Origin: Eledone cirrhosa
Taxonomy: Eukaryota
Direction of reading: 5' to 3'
DNA length: 64,000 nucleotides
Assembly: GCA_964016885.1 (NCBI GenBank)
Contig: OZ024740.1
Location: 5,394,001-5,458,000, forward strand
Positions 1-14,405 of the stretch are shown here, one piece after another. Position numbers and translations under genes: made by a program. Each line of letters starts with the position of its first letter. Within the stretch, counting starts at the first letter, position 1. Below the pieces are notes generated by a model. It saw only the letters and a program-made list of their open reading frames with translations. It did not search any database and was not told where the DNA came from.

Positions 1-145
<145 letters not shown>

Positions 146-388
146 GTTATTCCAAATTGAAGGATAAGTGTTTCAAACTTTATTTTATCATGAGTTAAAG
201 GTCTATAGATTTTTCCCTGGATTTTACTAAATTCTGTGGATGAATTTATATCCTGATTCTCTTTTGAGATGAGTTTGAGTTATTTTTCCTAAATCTTTCG
301 TTAACTACTTTTCCCATCTTGACGTTATAGTCGCATATATGTTATAGAATGCCGTTAGCTTCTTGCTAAAACAATCTCTATACCTCTC

Positions 389-440
<52 letters not shown>

Positions 441-447
<7 letters not shown>

Positions 448-560
448 TAACAGATTAAAGTTTAAGCAAAGAATCGCTTTGCTTCCACCCTTAACGGGAT
501 CTTCTGAAACTAAAATAATAAATCTGTGAATGCAAAGTAAATATTTCGAAAAACGTTACA
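441..560 (-). mobile_element. Penelope-like element 3' terminal (pLTR) fragment
   Basis: Similar to 12131-12250, the distal 3' end of the minus-strand Penelope copy; abuts a (TA)n run. Confidence 0.7.
459..511 (-). ncRNA. Hammerhead ribozyme-like motif, variant core (CAGAAGA, GGAA)
   Basis: Minus strand: agttt CAGAAGA t-ccc-gttaa-ggg-t GGAA gcaaag-cgatt-ctttgc TT aaact. Stems I, II and III all pair; the core deviates at U4 and A13. Confidence 0.55.
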
Positions 561-883
561 CACTATATATATATATACACACACTATATATACATATACA
601 CACACACCGCATCATAATGACATAATGCAGACAGCCAGGCATACAGAGAGATATTATAAGGGCGCAACGTAGTATCTATGTATCTATCTAAAAAGAGAAA
701 GACTAAGAGAGAGAGAAAGAGATCGCTAAATCGCCTAATGCGGTCCCTAGGGCATTGAAAATTTGAAATTCTTTTTGCTCAGAACACTCAATAGGACCAT
801 AAGTATTACATGTGTAAAGTGTGAAAACAATCGGTTGAGTGGTTCTCGAACTTTAGTGGTTGTACAGACAGACATTCTCTGTT

Positions 884-1097
884 TTAGTAATATAGATATT
901 ACAATTGTTTCTCTGGCGAGCAGCTCAAGGCACGATCGAAGCAGTGATCAAACCTGATTTTCCAAATTTGGAAAATCCTGCTTCGTAGAATCGAGAGATA
1001 TCCGAGGATCTTGCGATTTCAGAGTCAGGTTTGATCACTGCATCGATCGTGCTTCGAGCTGGTCGCCAGAGAAACGATTGAAATATGTCTAATAAAT
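884..1097. repeat. Imperfect inverted repeat (~70 bp arms, ~65 bp spacer)
   Basis: ttctctggcgagcagctcaaggcacgatcgaagcagtgatcaaacctga pairs with tcaggtttgatcactgcatcgatcgtgcttcgagctggtcgccagagaa. Confidence 0.8.
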
Positions 1098-1212
1098 CTT
1101 ATTCGTCGCACCACTGATTCTCCGTTTCTTATGTGATATTATACTTTGCTCTGTAAGAGCATCGAGTGCTCAAACGGCATACCGCATACGGACGCTTTAA
1201 GCATCCCACACC

Positions 1213-1247
<35 letters not shown>

Positions 1248-1250
<3 letters not shown>

Positions 1251-1580
1251 TTGCGTGTGTCGAAACAAATATTGTCATACTTGGGGAGGGTCATATTTGT
1301 GTAATATTGCCAGAAATAATAACAGAACACACTCACCGTTTGGTTGGTTTTCGCTTTTCGCTTCTGTGTCTTTTATATCGGTAACTTAATTTATTTGGTC
1401 CTCAATGTTGCCATTGACTGACCAACGGTCAAAAATAATACAGATACAATATAGACACAAACACATATATATAGTTTATCAAAGTTCTTTCGTTGCACAT
1501 CTGCAACAGCGTCAGTGGTGCTATTGTTTCCTCCTGTTGCATTGTATTTTCTACGCCATCTTTATTTAGACTAAATAAAG
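1248..1580 (-). mobile_element. Penelope-like pLTR/3' UTR fragment with decayed hammerhead (1470-1520)
   Basis: Homologous to 7297-7600, which lies downstream of a GIY-YIG ORF. Minus strand reads CTGACGC-t-gttgca-gatg-tgcaac-GAAA. Flanked by (TA)n. Confidence 0.65.
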
Positions 1581-1602
1581 ATATATATATATATATATAG
1601 AT

Positions 1603-1760
1603 ACTGTAAACGTGGTTGGTGTTAGGAAGGGCATCCAGCCGTAGAAAAGCTGCCAGTCCTATACGAGCAAGACAACCAATCTTGCCTCAAGTGGGAAAAT
1701 TCCCGTCCAAACCCATGCAAGCGTGGAAGATGGACGTTAAACGATGATGATGATGATGAT
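1603..1760 (+). mobile_element. RTE/SINE 3' tail with (GAT)n
   Basis: ggttggtgttaggaagggcatccagccgtagaaa...ccatgcaagcgtggaagatggacgtt-(gat)n, the same tail as the RTE end at 52910-53085. Confidence 0.85.
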
Positions 1761-1907
1761 AGATAGATCCGACGAGCTTTTGACTCCAGAGTCGGGCCAG
1801 ATTGATACAGATCGAATCATGAGCTGATCAATAGCGAAATGCGTGTCATGAATCAATAAACATAATGAAGGCTTAACAAATCGTCCTTGTATTATTCTCT
1901 ATATATA

Positions 1908-2450
<543 letters not shown>

Positions 2451-2564
2451 GATAAGCAGAACAAGTAAAATTCAACCAATTTTTCAAAATAAATCAAAAT
2501 TAATATACAATTCAAATTAATCAAAATTAAAAAATACAATATAAATATTTACCTATTCAAATGG

Positions 2565-2642
2565 CCCTAACTGTACAGTTTCACGGTGCAAAACATTAAA
2601 TATCACGAGGATATTAATGGAAAAGCAACGATCATCAGAGAA
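2565..2642 (-). ncRNA. Type I hammerhead ribozyme with extended stem II
   Basis: ttct CTGATGA tcgttgc...cattaa-tatc-ctcgt-gata-tttaatg...gcaccgt GAAA ctgtacag TT aggg. Stem III is palindromic; stem I is short with G-U pairs. Confidence 0.7.
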
Positions 2643-3091
2643 GCATTTTCCTGTCCTAAGGTTAAAAACCCCAGGAACGACAAAATATATGACCTCACTC
2701 CAACTAATACAGGTCTAAAAGGTCGTGAAAGTGACCCGTAAATACATTGGTGTATAGTGAAGGCGGGAAATCGTAGACTCGCCGTCTATAATCGCCACTA
2801 AAAAAAAGATTTTTAGTAACTAAATAGAACGACAAATTTGTATCTCTACATACTGGAGATTATTGAATAAGGTTAATATATATCTGAGGGTACAATGTAC
2901 CCCCGGAAATATATAGTGTGTCTATGATTTAAGGTGGTTCTATGGTAATAATTTGATATACCAGAACTTAATATCGAGATAAGCAGAGCAAGTAAAATTC
3001 AACCAATCTTTCAAAATAAATCAAAATTAATATACAATTAAAATTAATCAAAATTAAAAAATACAATATAAATATTTACCTATTCAAATGG

Positions 3092-3169
3092 CCCTAACTG
3101 TACAGTTTCACGGTGCAAAACATTAAATATCACGAGGATATTAATGGAAAAGCAACGATCATCAGAGAA
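3092..3169 (-). ncRNA. Type I hammerhead ribozyme (second copy)
   Basis: Same sequence as 2565-2642, within the second direct repeat. Confidence 0.7.
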
Positions 3170-3274
3170 GCATTTTCCTGTCCTAAGGTTAAAAACCCCA
3201 GGAACGACAAAATATATGACCTCACTCCAACTAATACAGGTCTAAAAGGTCGTGAAAGTGACCCGTAAATACAT

Positions 3275-3363
<89 letters not shown>

Positions 3364-3491
3364 GTAGGAGGTGAGTTTTATTGTAGTACAATAAAGCAAT
3401 GCAGATATCGGATAAGAAGCACTCTACAGTTTGTACGACTGGAGTATACATAATATATAAGATCAAAAGATGGTTAAAGGAGTTCCATGTA

Positions 3492-3555
3492 TTTTATTAT
3501 GCGCATTTCAAAAACAAACATCATGCAATAATATTTGTGTTTTCATCAGATAAAA
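3492..3555 (-). ncRNA. Minimal hammerhead ribozyme (left arm)
   Basis: Reverse complement of the motif at 3688-3754 apart from a 3-nt indel in loop II. Confidence 0.75.
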
Positions 3556-3687
3556 CAGGAGAACATGATATGAAGGCTAAAAAATACTTGTGGATAGTGC
3601 AGTTTTAAATCAACATATCATGATATATGTTGATTTAAAACTGCACTATCCACAAGTGTTTTTTAGCCTTCATATCATGTTCTCCTG

Positions 3688-3754
3688 TTTTATCTGATGA
3701 AAACACAAATATTATTGCATGATGATGTTTGTTTTTGAAATGCGCATAATAAAA
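3688..3754 (+). ncRNA. Minimal hammerhead ribozyme (right arm)
   Basis: ttttat CTGATGA aaacac...gttttt GAAA tgcgca TA ataaaa: 6-bp stem I, palindromic stem III, AUA cleavage triplet. Confidence 0.78.
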
Positions 3755-3870
3755 TACATGGAACTCCTTTAACCATCTTTTGATCTTATATATTATATAT
3801 ATATGTATATATATATAAAAATTAGAATTGGAGCTCTGAAATAGCAATATATATATGGATGTATATATAA

Positions 3871-4225
3871 TGTATTTTGCAATACACTTTATGCTTAATT
3901 AAAAGCATTTTGAAGACCGTATGCTAAGACCTGTCTACTGAGATTACTGATGTTATATTCTTATAGAATTCTAGTAAATAATCGCTCTGTATAATCAGCT
4001 CCTGATTATTTACTAGAATTCTATAAGAATATAACATCAGTAATCTCAGTAGACAGGAGGGGTAGTTAGCCTTGATAAGCTTCAACAAAAGCGAAACAAG
4101 GCCCTTGTCGGCTTATCTCCCCTGTTTGCTGAGATTAAAGTAAGTGAATTTGTCACTACTCTAAAACAATAGCATACGGTCTTCAAAATGCTTTTAATGA
4201 AGCATAAAGTGTATTGCAAAATACA
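3871..4225. repeat. Nested inverted repeat element with a hammerhead in one arm only
   Basis: Outer arms 3871-3926/4170-4225 and inner arms 3930-3983/4003-4057; segment 4058-4169 has no counterpart in the left arm. Confidence 0.85.
4068..4113 (+). ncRNA. Type I hammerhead ribozyme, U3:A8 core variant
   Basis: agcc TTGATAA gctt-caacaa-aagc GAAA caag-gcc-cttg TC ggct; all three stems pair perfectly and the triplet is GUC. Confidence 0.8.
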
Positions 4226-4354
4226 AGATTCAATGAGTATGTCAAAGAATGAGTTTTACAGTAGATTGGAAGCACTCTACGAAAAATAATTTTCCAGAGT
4301 TATTAATATTAAAATACAAATATTAATAAAATAGATGTTCTTTTGATCAATGAC

Positions 4355-4407
4355 ATTTTATTATACATATTTTGGATGTACAACTGCACGTCCTCATCAG
4401 ACAAAAT
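4355..4407 (-). ncRNA. Hammerhead ribozyme, probably inactivated (GAAA to AAAA)
   Basis: attttgt CTGATGA ggacgtgca-gt-tgtacatcc AAAA tatgta TA ataaaat; stems I and II pair. Confidence 0.65.
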
Positions 4408-4677
4408 ATAATGATACATGACATACCCTGAGATGTTAAATGGTTAAGATTTAATCAAGGTAGTGATTAACCCAAGAAAAAATTTAACATTTATACCCTA
4501 ATATTGAGAAAATGCGAAAACGTAATAAATTCAACAGAGAAAGTGCGAGTAAGAAAACGTTACTTAATGAAACAGTTAAATAGATATTAAGAAATATGAT
4601 ACTATAATTTTTGAATAGAGGAAGGTAATAAGCTGAAGGAGATATATTTTTGCCGAAAGTTAAACGGGTAATTTTGA

Positions 4678-5324
4678 AAATATTTAATTTATGGTATTAT
4701 AGGGTGAAGGTTCAAGATTTTGGTATGTATTTAACTGTAACACGTAGAACTTTATTATATAAAATTGTAACCGTTATCATCTACGTAAAGTATACTGTAC
4801 CATTAATACCTAATATATATCTATACATACCTCCCTATATATTACTATATATAATTTTTAGTTAACTTCTAAATTTTTAGTTAACTTCTAAATTTCTTGA
4901 TTACATTTACTCTGAACTAAGAATAATTAATGTATTTACACCTTGTTATATATAGGTGTATATTTAACCTTAACATGCATAAATCTATTATTTTGTTATC
5001 ATCTACCTAAAATATACTGGTTCATTAATATATATATATACATAATCGTTATTTAAATATTTCTAACAATAAGTAATTCACAAGCGTTACATACCTAATA
5101 CGCTCAGTATCTCCGTTAAAGTTTACATTTAGGAAATTAATCAACAGTATAAACTTTCACTCCTGTTGGCCAGCTAATTCCTATAAATGTTACCCACATG
5201 AAATTCAGAAGCTTTGAAATGTTAACACACTTATAGAATTTATAAAACTAATATATAAATAACCAGCAATTTAAAAAAAAAAAAAAAATCTTGAACCTTC
5301 ACCCTATAATACCATAAATTAAAT

Positions 5325-5326
<2 letters not shown>
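4678..5326. repeat. ~45 bp inverted repeat pair
   Basis: tatttaatttatggtattatagggtgaaggttcaagattt (4681-4720) is the reverse complement of 5286-5325, which abuts (TA)n. Confidence 0.8.
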
Positions 5327-5385
<59 letters not shown>

Positions 5386-5389
<4 letters not shown>

Positions 5390-5581
5390 AACATAGATAA
5401 GATTCTACAGGACTAGAACTGTTTCATTCTTTAGAAATCATCAGGAATCGGAGATTCATGATGATTTCTAAAGAAACGATTCTGGTCCTGTAGAATCTCA
5501 TCTATATTAAAACTTTTATACTCTGCAATGTATTGAGTACCTTACTTACTGTGGTTACCTCCGACTCAACCCGGAATAACG

Positions 5582-5582
<1 letters not shown>
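5386..5582. mobile_element. Collapsed palindromic hammerhead element (same family as 11454-12008)
   Basis: Intact minus-strand hammerhead at 5401-5449, a decayed plus-strand copy at 5452-5498, then the same 3' extension (gtattgagtaccttacttactgtggttacctccg...cccggaataacg); flanked by (TA)n. Confidence 0.85.
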
Positions 5583-5819
<237 letters not shown>

Positions 5820-5866
5820 TAAACAAATAATGAACAAACAATTCCTTATATTAAACAAAAAAAGTT

Positions 5867-6017
5867 CACTATTTAACGATCGTTTCTAGGGTATATATGT
5901 GTTATAATTGGTATGCATATTCAACAGATCTATGTACAAAATTATACAAAATTATACAAATTATCAAGATTAAATATACATACCTAACTCATATATACGC
6001 CGTCTTCAGAAATAATG
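5867..6017 (-). ncRNA. Type I hammerhead ribozyme with very long stem II insert
   Basis: cattattt CTGAAGA cggc-gtatatatg...(~95 nt)...catatatac-ccta GAAA cgatcg TT aaatagtg: 8-bp stem I and palindromic stem III. Confidence 0.75.
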
Positions 6018-6577
6018 AAGTATATTTATTGATAATAACAACAATTCAAAATATCAGTTCAAAATTGACCAATGAAAACACAAAGGGTTAAAAGCAGTTT
6101 GGTGTGTGTATATACATGTAAAAACCTTACACATATTTTACAATAATGTGTGTATAATTTGTATGTGCATACTAAAAAGATGGATGCAAACAACAAAATT
6201 TCAAGGTTAATATCTCTGTAAGCTTAATGCGCTGATAAGATGCGCAATGATACTTATGGAGTCAAGCATATAAATATATTTTTTTCATACTCACACATAT
6301 CAGTATAATCACACATACATGCGCGTATATGCATAAATATACACATAACCACGAACATACAAACACACACACTCACCCACTCACATTTATATATGTGGAT
6401 ATAAAATCATAAGCAAATAGAAATTAAGTCACTCACATAAAACACTGGCACACACATTTCAAGATCAAGATACAGAAATTACATCTCTTCATTACATCTC
6501 TTCTTTCCATGATATCCGGAATACATTGAGTTCTTCATACGGATTGGACACTACCGTAAACTCTTGGTAGATTTATC

Positions 6578-8090
<1,513 letters not shown>

Positions 8091-11000
8091 GTGTAAGATC
8101 GGAATTTATCAGATCGTCCCAGGTTTTTCTGGGTTTACCTACTCTGTAATTACCATCAATTTTGGTTGCCCTGCTTTTTTTTTTATACAACTGTCGTCTT
8201 TCATGCGCATCACGTGTCCATACCAAGGTAGTCTTCTCTCAAGTAAACAGCATCTGATCCCTCTTATTCGTAATTTCTCACTTTATTTATGTTTTGTCAT
8301 TCACAACTATTACTATTACACATCCAACAGAGCATACATGCTTTGTTCCTTTCCAGTCTGCGCAGGTCCTCTGCACGTAATCCCCAGGTCTCACTGCCAT
8401 CTAGCACTGCTGTTCGTATACAGGCATCATACAATCTGCCTTTCATTTTTAGAGAGAAAACTTTTGTGGCCAACAGTGGTATAAACTCCCTGAACTTTTT
8501 CCATCCCGTTCTCACTCTGGCTACTGTACTTTCAGAACACCCTCCACCACTGCTGATTTCGTCACCCAGGTAACGGAAAGTGTCTACCATTTCTATAGAA
8601 CCATCTGAGCAATAGAAGGAGCTAGTATCCTGTGGACACCTGCTACCTATTGCACCTGAGCATCGGCCACATATAAAGTCTACGTTCTTAGATAGTTTAC
8701 CTGTGATCCCACTACATCTTTTATGTACCCATACTTTGCATTTGGGACATAAAATGGAATTTCTGCCTACTCTTTTCTTACACACTGAGCATGGCCATTT
8801 CCCTGAGGGTACCTGTGCCCTATTTTCCTTTCTACAAACTAGGACTTTAGTCTTAGACAAGTTAATTTTAAGGCCTTTTGCTTCTAGGCCATGCTTCCAT
8901 GTTTGGAATTTCTTCTCTAGTTCAGCCATTGATTCAGCTATGAGCGTTAGATCATCTGCGTATAGGAGTACCCATGGGAAGCCGGTCTTGAACTCCTCTG
9001 TTATAGCCTGAAGGGCAATAATAAATAGGAGGGGGGCTAATGACAGGGCCTTGATGAACACCAACTTTTACACTAAATTCTTCACAATATTCATTGTTAA
9101 TTCTAACCTTACTGACTGTTTCATTATACATAGCTTGTATAGCTCTCACAAACCATTCATCTACACCTAGTTTTCTAAGAGCCCACCAGATAATGGAGCG
9201 AGGGACTCTGTCAAAGGCTTTCTCCAGGTCTACAAAAGCTAATTAGAGGGGTTTACTTTTAGCTAGGTACTTCTCTTGTAGTTGTCGTACAAGGAAAAGA
9301 GCGTCTGTGGTAATTTTACCTGACACAGACCCAAACTGCATTTCATCTAGATCAATTAGCTCTCTGATTAGTTGCACTGTAACTCTTTCTGTGATCTTCA
9401 TGACCTGGTCAACTAACTTAATGCCTCTATAGTTTCCTCTATCTAGAGCATCTTCTTTACCCTTGTAGCAGTTAATGATGATGCTGCTACGCTTGTCTTT
9501 TGGTATGACCCCATTCTGTATTACTTGGTTAACTATACGGGTGACCATAGTATGTCCCACCATTCCAGATGCCTTCAACATCTCAGCAAATATCTCCGAA
9601 GGCCTAGCTGCCTTCCCTGTCTTCATATCTTTGATTGCCTTACTTATTATACTACCTTTAACTTGCACCGCTGGTCCTTCTATTGGATCAATTTGGGGTA
9701 GACTATCTTTTTCCCACTTATTCTGCTCATTTAATAGTCTCTCGTAGTGACACTTCCAGGCTATCTTCTTATCAGTATCAGTGAGGGAAAGTACACCGTT
9801 ATCATTACGGACACACTTCTCCCCGACAATATCACGGTTTTCCTTGACACATTGTCTAGCAATCCTGAACACCTCACGTTTTTGGTCCTCACATTGTAGA
9901 ACATGCTTGAACTTTCTTTCCTCTGCTTCCCGTTTTGCAAGGTACACTTTTCTACTAGCTTCTCTCCTGGCCACCTGATAGTGCTCTCTACTTCCCCATC
10001 CTGCCATACTTTCCAAGCCTGCTTTTTGGCCTTGATTGTCTCTTCTACCTTACTGTTCCACCACCAAGTTGCTCTCCTTCTGCCAATAGGTCTACTCCAG
10101 CCACAGATTTCATCCGTTGCTTTCAGCAGGTTCACGTTCAAGAATTGCCACTGTTCCTCTATATCGCACGTCTCTAATTGCTTTTCCTTATTATCAAAGG
10201 CATCAAGTAATAAGCTTTTAAATTTGTCACTGGCTATGGGGTCCTTCAACTTCCATATTCTTCTCCTCAAAGTAGGCCTCCGCTCTCGTCGAGTACGTCT
10301 ATTTCTGACTATGAGGTCACTAACTACTAGGCTATGTAGGGAGGTGCATTCTTCACGGGGGAGGGATTTAGTGTTTACAATAGACACTTTGTCCCGTCTT
10401 CTAGTAAGGATATAATCTATCTGGCTGGCGTGTTCCCCTGATCTATAGGTGATCAAGTGGTTTTCACGTTTTTTGAAGTTTGTATTACAGACAGTTAGGT
10501 TATTGGCGTCACAGAATTCCAGGATTCTGAAGCCTTCCTCATTTCTATTTCCAACCCCATAGCCTCCATGGATTCTATCATAGCCATCACTATGTTGTCC
10601 AACGTGGCCGTTTAGATCGCCAGCAATAATTAAGTAGTCGCTGTCAGTTATTTGGGAGGTAGTGTGCATTAGCGTCTCATAGAACCTGTCTTTTATAACG
10701 TCAGGTAGACCAGATTGAGGTGCATAAGCGGATATTATTGTCACAGTAGTTCTATTTAGAACTAGCCTTATTTTAATTATTCTGTCATTTACTCTATTTA
10801 CGTCAATTACCTTATCTACCCATTTTTCTGCTAACATAATTCCTACTCCACCCAGCCCATTGTCACTTCCCACCCAGAAAAGTTTATAGTATCGTTTTTT
10901 ACCCACGATGAATGTGGCAGACCCCCCCCCCCTCTCCACCTAGTCTCTTGAATACAACAAACATCAACTTCTTTATGTTCAAGCATCTCTACAACCACAT

Positions 11001-11418
11001 TTGAGCGACCTTTCAATGTGCCTACGTTCATGGTACCAACTCTGAAGTTGGGAGGGTGGGATGGAGGGGTTGGAGGGGCAGGGAGGGGTGTGGGAGACGG
11101 AATTATGTTGGTCATTCGTGTCTGAAAGGGGCCCTTGTATTCTCGTCCTGCAGCGGGGGATGAATTCATTTTTATCTGTGTCATGGTCATTGAGTGCTTA
11201 GACTTTCCAAATTTCCGCAGTCCACCCATCAAACAGGCCTAAAGTTAAGGAGTAGTAACCGGGGCGGTAGCTTTGCTATACTGATTTGTTAGGGAACTTA
11301 CTAAAGCCGGTGAGTTATGATTGGACTATATAGCAATGGTGGTGTGTGTGGGGTGGGCGTGGAAATGGGTAACTTTAGGATAAGGTTAGTTTTTAGGAAG
11401 GGTCCAACAGAATGAGAC

Positions 11419-11420
<2 letters not shown>
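8091..11420 (-). mobile_element. RTE-clade LINE, near full length, frameshifted (APE endonuclease + reverse transcriptase)
   Basis: APE motifs GTMNVGTL, CCIQETRW, SAYAPQ, GDLNGHVG, SQIDYIL; RT motifs NYRGIKL, QFG, LLYADDL; internal PHD-like Cys/His finger (CSVC...CPKCKVWVHKRC); C-terminal GKPRKTW. The normal 3' tail is missing. Confidence 0.93.
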
Positions 11421-11457
<37 letters not shown>

Positions 11458-11469
11458 TTAATATAGATG

Positions 11470-11520
11470 AGATTCTACAGGACTAGAACTGTTTCATTCA
11501 TTAGAAATCATCAGGAATCT
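11470..11520 (-). ncRNA. Type I hammerhead ribozyme (left arm)
   Basis: Exact reverse complement of 11874-11924. Confidence 0.85.
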
Positions 11521-11873
11521 GGGTATCAAAAAATAAATATGGTATTTATAGGTCTCTACAAGTGGTAGGAGAGGGTGGGGAGTGGGATGGGTGCAGGTCA
11601 TTGGTTGATAGAGAAGGGAATTCATTAAAAGCTAATTCTACATAGCTATAGTTAATTTATATTTATTTATGTTTTTAGAGTAACTGTTTATAGAATTCTG
11701 TCTGCCTTTGTTACTCTAAAAACATAAATAAATATAAATTAACTATAGCTATGTAGAATTAGCTTTTAATGAATTCCCTTCTCTATCAACCAATGACCTG
11801 CACCCATCCCACTCCCCACCCTCTCCTACCACTTGTAGAGACCTATAAATACCATATTTATTTTTTGATACCC

Positions 11874-11924
11874 AGATTCCTGATGATTTCTAATGAATGA
11901 AACAGTTCTAGTCCTGTAGAATCT
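11874..11924 (+). ncRNA. Type I hammerhead ribozyme (right arm)
   Basis: agattc CTGATGA t-ttc-taat-gaa-t GAAA cag-ttctagtc-ctg TA gaatct: canonical core, 6-bp stem I, GUA triplet. Confidence 0.87.
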
Positions 11925-12006
11925 CATCTATATTAAAACTGTTATACTCTGCTATGTATTGAGTACCTTACTTACTGTGGTTACCTCCGATTCAACCCGG
12001 AATAAC

Positions 12007-12132
<126 letters not shown>

Positions 12133-12148
12133 TAAAATAACAGATTAA

Positions 12149-12199
12149 AGTTTAAGCAAAGATTCGCTGCTTTCATCCTTAACGGGATCTTCTGAAATT
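12149..12199 (-). ncRNA. Hammerhead ribozyme-like motif, CAGAAGA core, in the Penelope 3' end
   Basis: aattt CAGAAGA tcccgttaaggat GAAA gcagcgaatctttgc TT aaact; sense to the Penelope ORF; homologue at 459-511. Confidence 0.6.
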
Positions 12200-13775
12200 A
12201 ACAAAGTCAATCTGTGAACGCAGAAGTGAATATTTCAAAAAACGTTGCAACCGGAGGAAGATAGGAAGACGATACTTTGGTTCGTGGAAACGTTCGCTGG
12301 CAATGAACGGAAAAAACGAAGATAATACGTCATTATGTGGAGCGGGTAGAACAATTGCACGCAAAGACAAAACCACGTAAATGGTATAACTGAAGTCGTA
12401 GACTAAAATTCTAACTAGGAAACCGAATGATTCTCGGCTTCAGAGTTAAGAATAAAGTAAATAAAATACAGAGGTAATTGAAATTAAATAAATACATACA
12501 TGCATCGATATACGTACATACACAAGCATACGTGAAAACTCTCGCCGTAGGTATACAAATTCACGCACGTACACAAAAAGAAACCCCCCCAAAAAACCCG
12601 CACGCACATACAGAACCCATGCAACGCCTGTACCCGTACGCATACTAATGTATACACCAAATACACATAAAAATATATATAAAAAAATATATATATGTGT
12701 GTGCGTGTATACATATAATTAAATAAACGTATATAAATAAATAAATACGTATATAACAAGCGCACACACATACCTACATGTAAATACACATATGTTCGGA
12801 GACGAAGGTCAACCAAAACATGAAGTACACATATACAGACACCCTACATACGTACGAACCTGCATACTCACACAGATGCAAAACTCACGTATACACATAA
12901 CCAAAAGCATATGTACCAGAATATATAATATATACGCCATAACATATACAATCAAATATACGTACGAGAAAGTATACGTACCTTCACAAAACATACAGGT
13001 AATATATACTTACCTATACAAATAAGTAATGGTATAAACATAACATATACTTAGCTACCACATCAAGACGTAAAATATCCGCGTATAGTTCGCACTATCC
13101 GTTAGAGTATAATGTGGAGTTGTAATACAGGAAAGTTTTGTGCAATTTCTGTTTACAAGCCGAAATTGCCTCAGATATTTTGTTTAAGATGTGGTCTTTG
13201 GCGTAGAGTATTTCCAGGGCCTCAGCGGCACAGAGGTCACATGGTCTTTTATTTCCGTTATACGATCTAGTCCTAGCTAGGATCTCCCAGTGTAACTTAT
13301 ATTGAGTGTGGTTGTCTTTTAGACTCCAGATATAAGCTGAAAGTGATGTCATATTCCTTCTTAAAGGGTAACGAAAAGAATGGGTATGCATGTAAAGACG
13401 CTGCTTGAATCTATTGGTGGTTAACCCTATGTAGACCCTACGGGACGTGGGTGTTTCAACCTTACATCTGTAGACAATGTTACTAGAGAGGCATTTCCCG
13501 GATAGGGGGCAGTCAACCCGATTCCTACAATTACAGTTATACTAACTACAGGGTTGCACGTGTTCCTACGGCTAGGTAGTTTAGCTAAATTTGAAGCTGT
13601 GATGTTATGTGCAAGGTTAGGAGTCGTAGAGTAAGAAATTTTAATAGTATTTCTATTAAAAATGTTACTATATTTATGTGTAGGGGGAAAATGCTTCACA
13701 ATAAGGGAGAGAAAGATCTTAGCTAATGGTGTGGCCACCTCCATATTATATGGTGGGTTATACCATATCATTTCT

Positions 13776-13945
13776 TTTCTATTTTAGGCACAAGGCCAGC
13801 AATTAATCAGTACATTACTGGTACTTTATTTTATTGACCCCGTAAGGATGAAAGGCAAAGTTAGCCTCAGCCGGATTTGAACTCAGATCGTAAAGGAGCG
13901 TAACTATGCTGGAAAGTATGTCCGACCCTCTACCGATACTGTCAA
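13776..13945 (-). mobile_element. tRNA-derived SINE (family B) inserted in the Penelope copy
   Basis: Reverse complement of 16105-16275. Confidence 0.85.
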
Positions 13946-14405
13946 ATATAATGCGTTGGGATCTATTTCTTCTAGGTCTATTCTCGTACTCTGTATATGC
14001 TATCTTATCGACAAATCCACTCCGAGCAAGAGCTTCATTGTAATATGTGGAATGGTCGTTGAAAATATGCTCGTTAGTAGATAGACGGGAAAGCCTCAAA
14101 GAAACGTTTCTTACCAGGTTCTTGGTATCATTCGGCTTTCTATACGGGTAATGCAAGCCATTCGATAAATTGAGAGTAACGTCGCGGTAATTAACGGCCG
14201 AGAGGTTGGCCTCAACCTGTATGGAGAGGTTGAAGCCTTTAAAGAAGGCTGTGAGTTCTTTTCTGAACCTGTCGCAAGCACGTGGGCCGCACTTAGTCAT
14301 GGTCAAAAGACCATCATCACGGTACAAACCACCGCCCACGTTGGGGAATTCTTCCTTGATAGAGAAAAGACAGAAAAGACCGATAAGATCACTAAGCCAT
14401 GCGCC

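Larger units (their letters stand above)
3446..3800. repeat. Near-perfect ~350 bp palindrome with a hammerhead in each arm
   Basis: Arms 3446-3618 and 3624-3800 are reverse complements; the mirror ORFs 3399+ and 3635- give the same peptide. Confidence 0.92.

Noticed and set aside
12410-12450. taact-CTGAAG-ccga...tcgg-tttcct-agtta hairpin on the minus strand
   Set aside because: Lacks GAAA and stem III, so it is not a hammerhead.
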